Assembly: GCF_003918875.1 (NCBI RefSeq)
Contig: NW_025767734.1
Coordinates: 620,001-684,000, forward strand
Reading direction: 5' to 3'
DNA from: Haliotis rubra
Taxonomy: Eukaryota
DNA length: 64,000 nucleotides
The position numbers were made by a program, and so were the translations under genes. The notes below the pieces were generated by a model. The model saw only the letters and a program-made list of their open reading frames with translations. It did not search any database and was not told the origin of the DNA. Positions 63,768 to 64,000 of the stretch are shown piece by piece; the stretch's first letter is position 1, and every line of letters begins with the position of its first letter.

Positions 63768-64000
63768 GCTTTTTCAAGTAAAATTTATATTTTTATACTT
63801 ATCCTGTCTCATGATACTTTGCTTATCTCCCTTTCCTTTTCGAATGGTAGTGTAACACTTAAGGATGGTCAGATGACTGTTTGCGCGGGAAAAGGGCAGT
63901 AACTCGTGGGTGAGTGTATTTTTATGTCCGCTTCGGGAACTTCAAGGCATTCAAGTCTTCCACTACCATTCGAAAAGGAAAGGGAGATAAGCAAAAGATC
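63768..64000 (-). mobile_element. Miniature DIRS derivative made only of the two inverted terminal repeats (runs off the window)
   Basis: TACTTATCCTGTCTCATG..GCTTATCTCC..CGAATGGTAGTG matches the DIRS ITR at 27888/33290; its inverted copy CACTACCATTCG..GGAGATAAGC lies ~100 bp away. Confidence 0.75.

Overview
Animal genomic DNA, AT-rich and repeat-dense. The SINE, DIRS and MITE complement suggests a mollusc, possibly an abalone-like gastropod (inference only). I reconstructed four host genes by hand from splice sites and reading phase: (1) a small secreted PAN/Apple-domain gene (-, ~1.7-4.0 kb); (2) KXD1, a BORC subunit (-, 4 coding exons, 149 aa); (3) a WHAMM/JMY-family actin nucleation factor (+, 9 coding exons, ~789 aa), head-to-head with KXD1 and carrying a 1-nt frameshift in exon 1; (4) a hnRNP M/MYEF2-family 3-RRM gene (-, 12 exons, 639 aa) with an N-terminal RS domain, two U12-type introns and a possible extra 3-exon 3' module. 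The rest is mobile DNA: a near-complete DIRS1-type retrotransposon nested in a hAT MITE, a second decayed DIRS, an ITR-only mini-DIRS, L2/CR1 and RTEX-like LINE remnants, three SINE families sharing one 3' tail, hAT/Harbinger/Tc1 remnants, many MITE/foldback elements and several minisatellites. I cannot claim a wholly new system. The best leads are the SINE-like retroposon with a structured non-tRNA head, the minor-intron and alternative 3' architecture of the hnRNP M-like gene, the mini-DIRS, and the altered WHAMM/JMY acidic motif.
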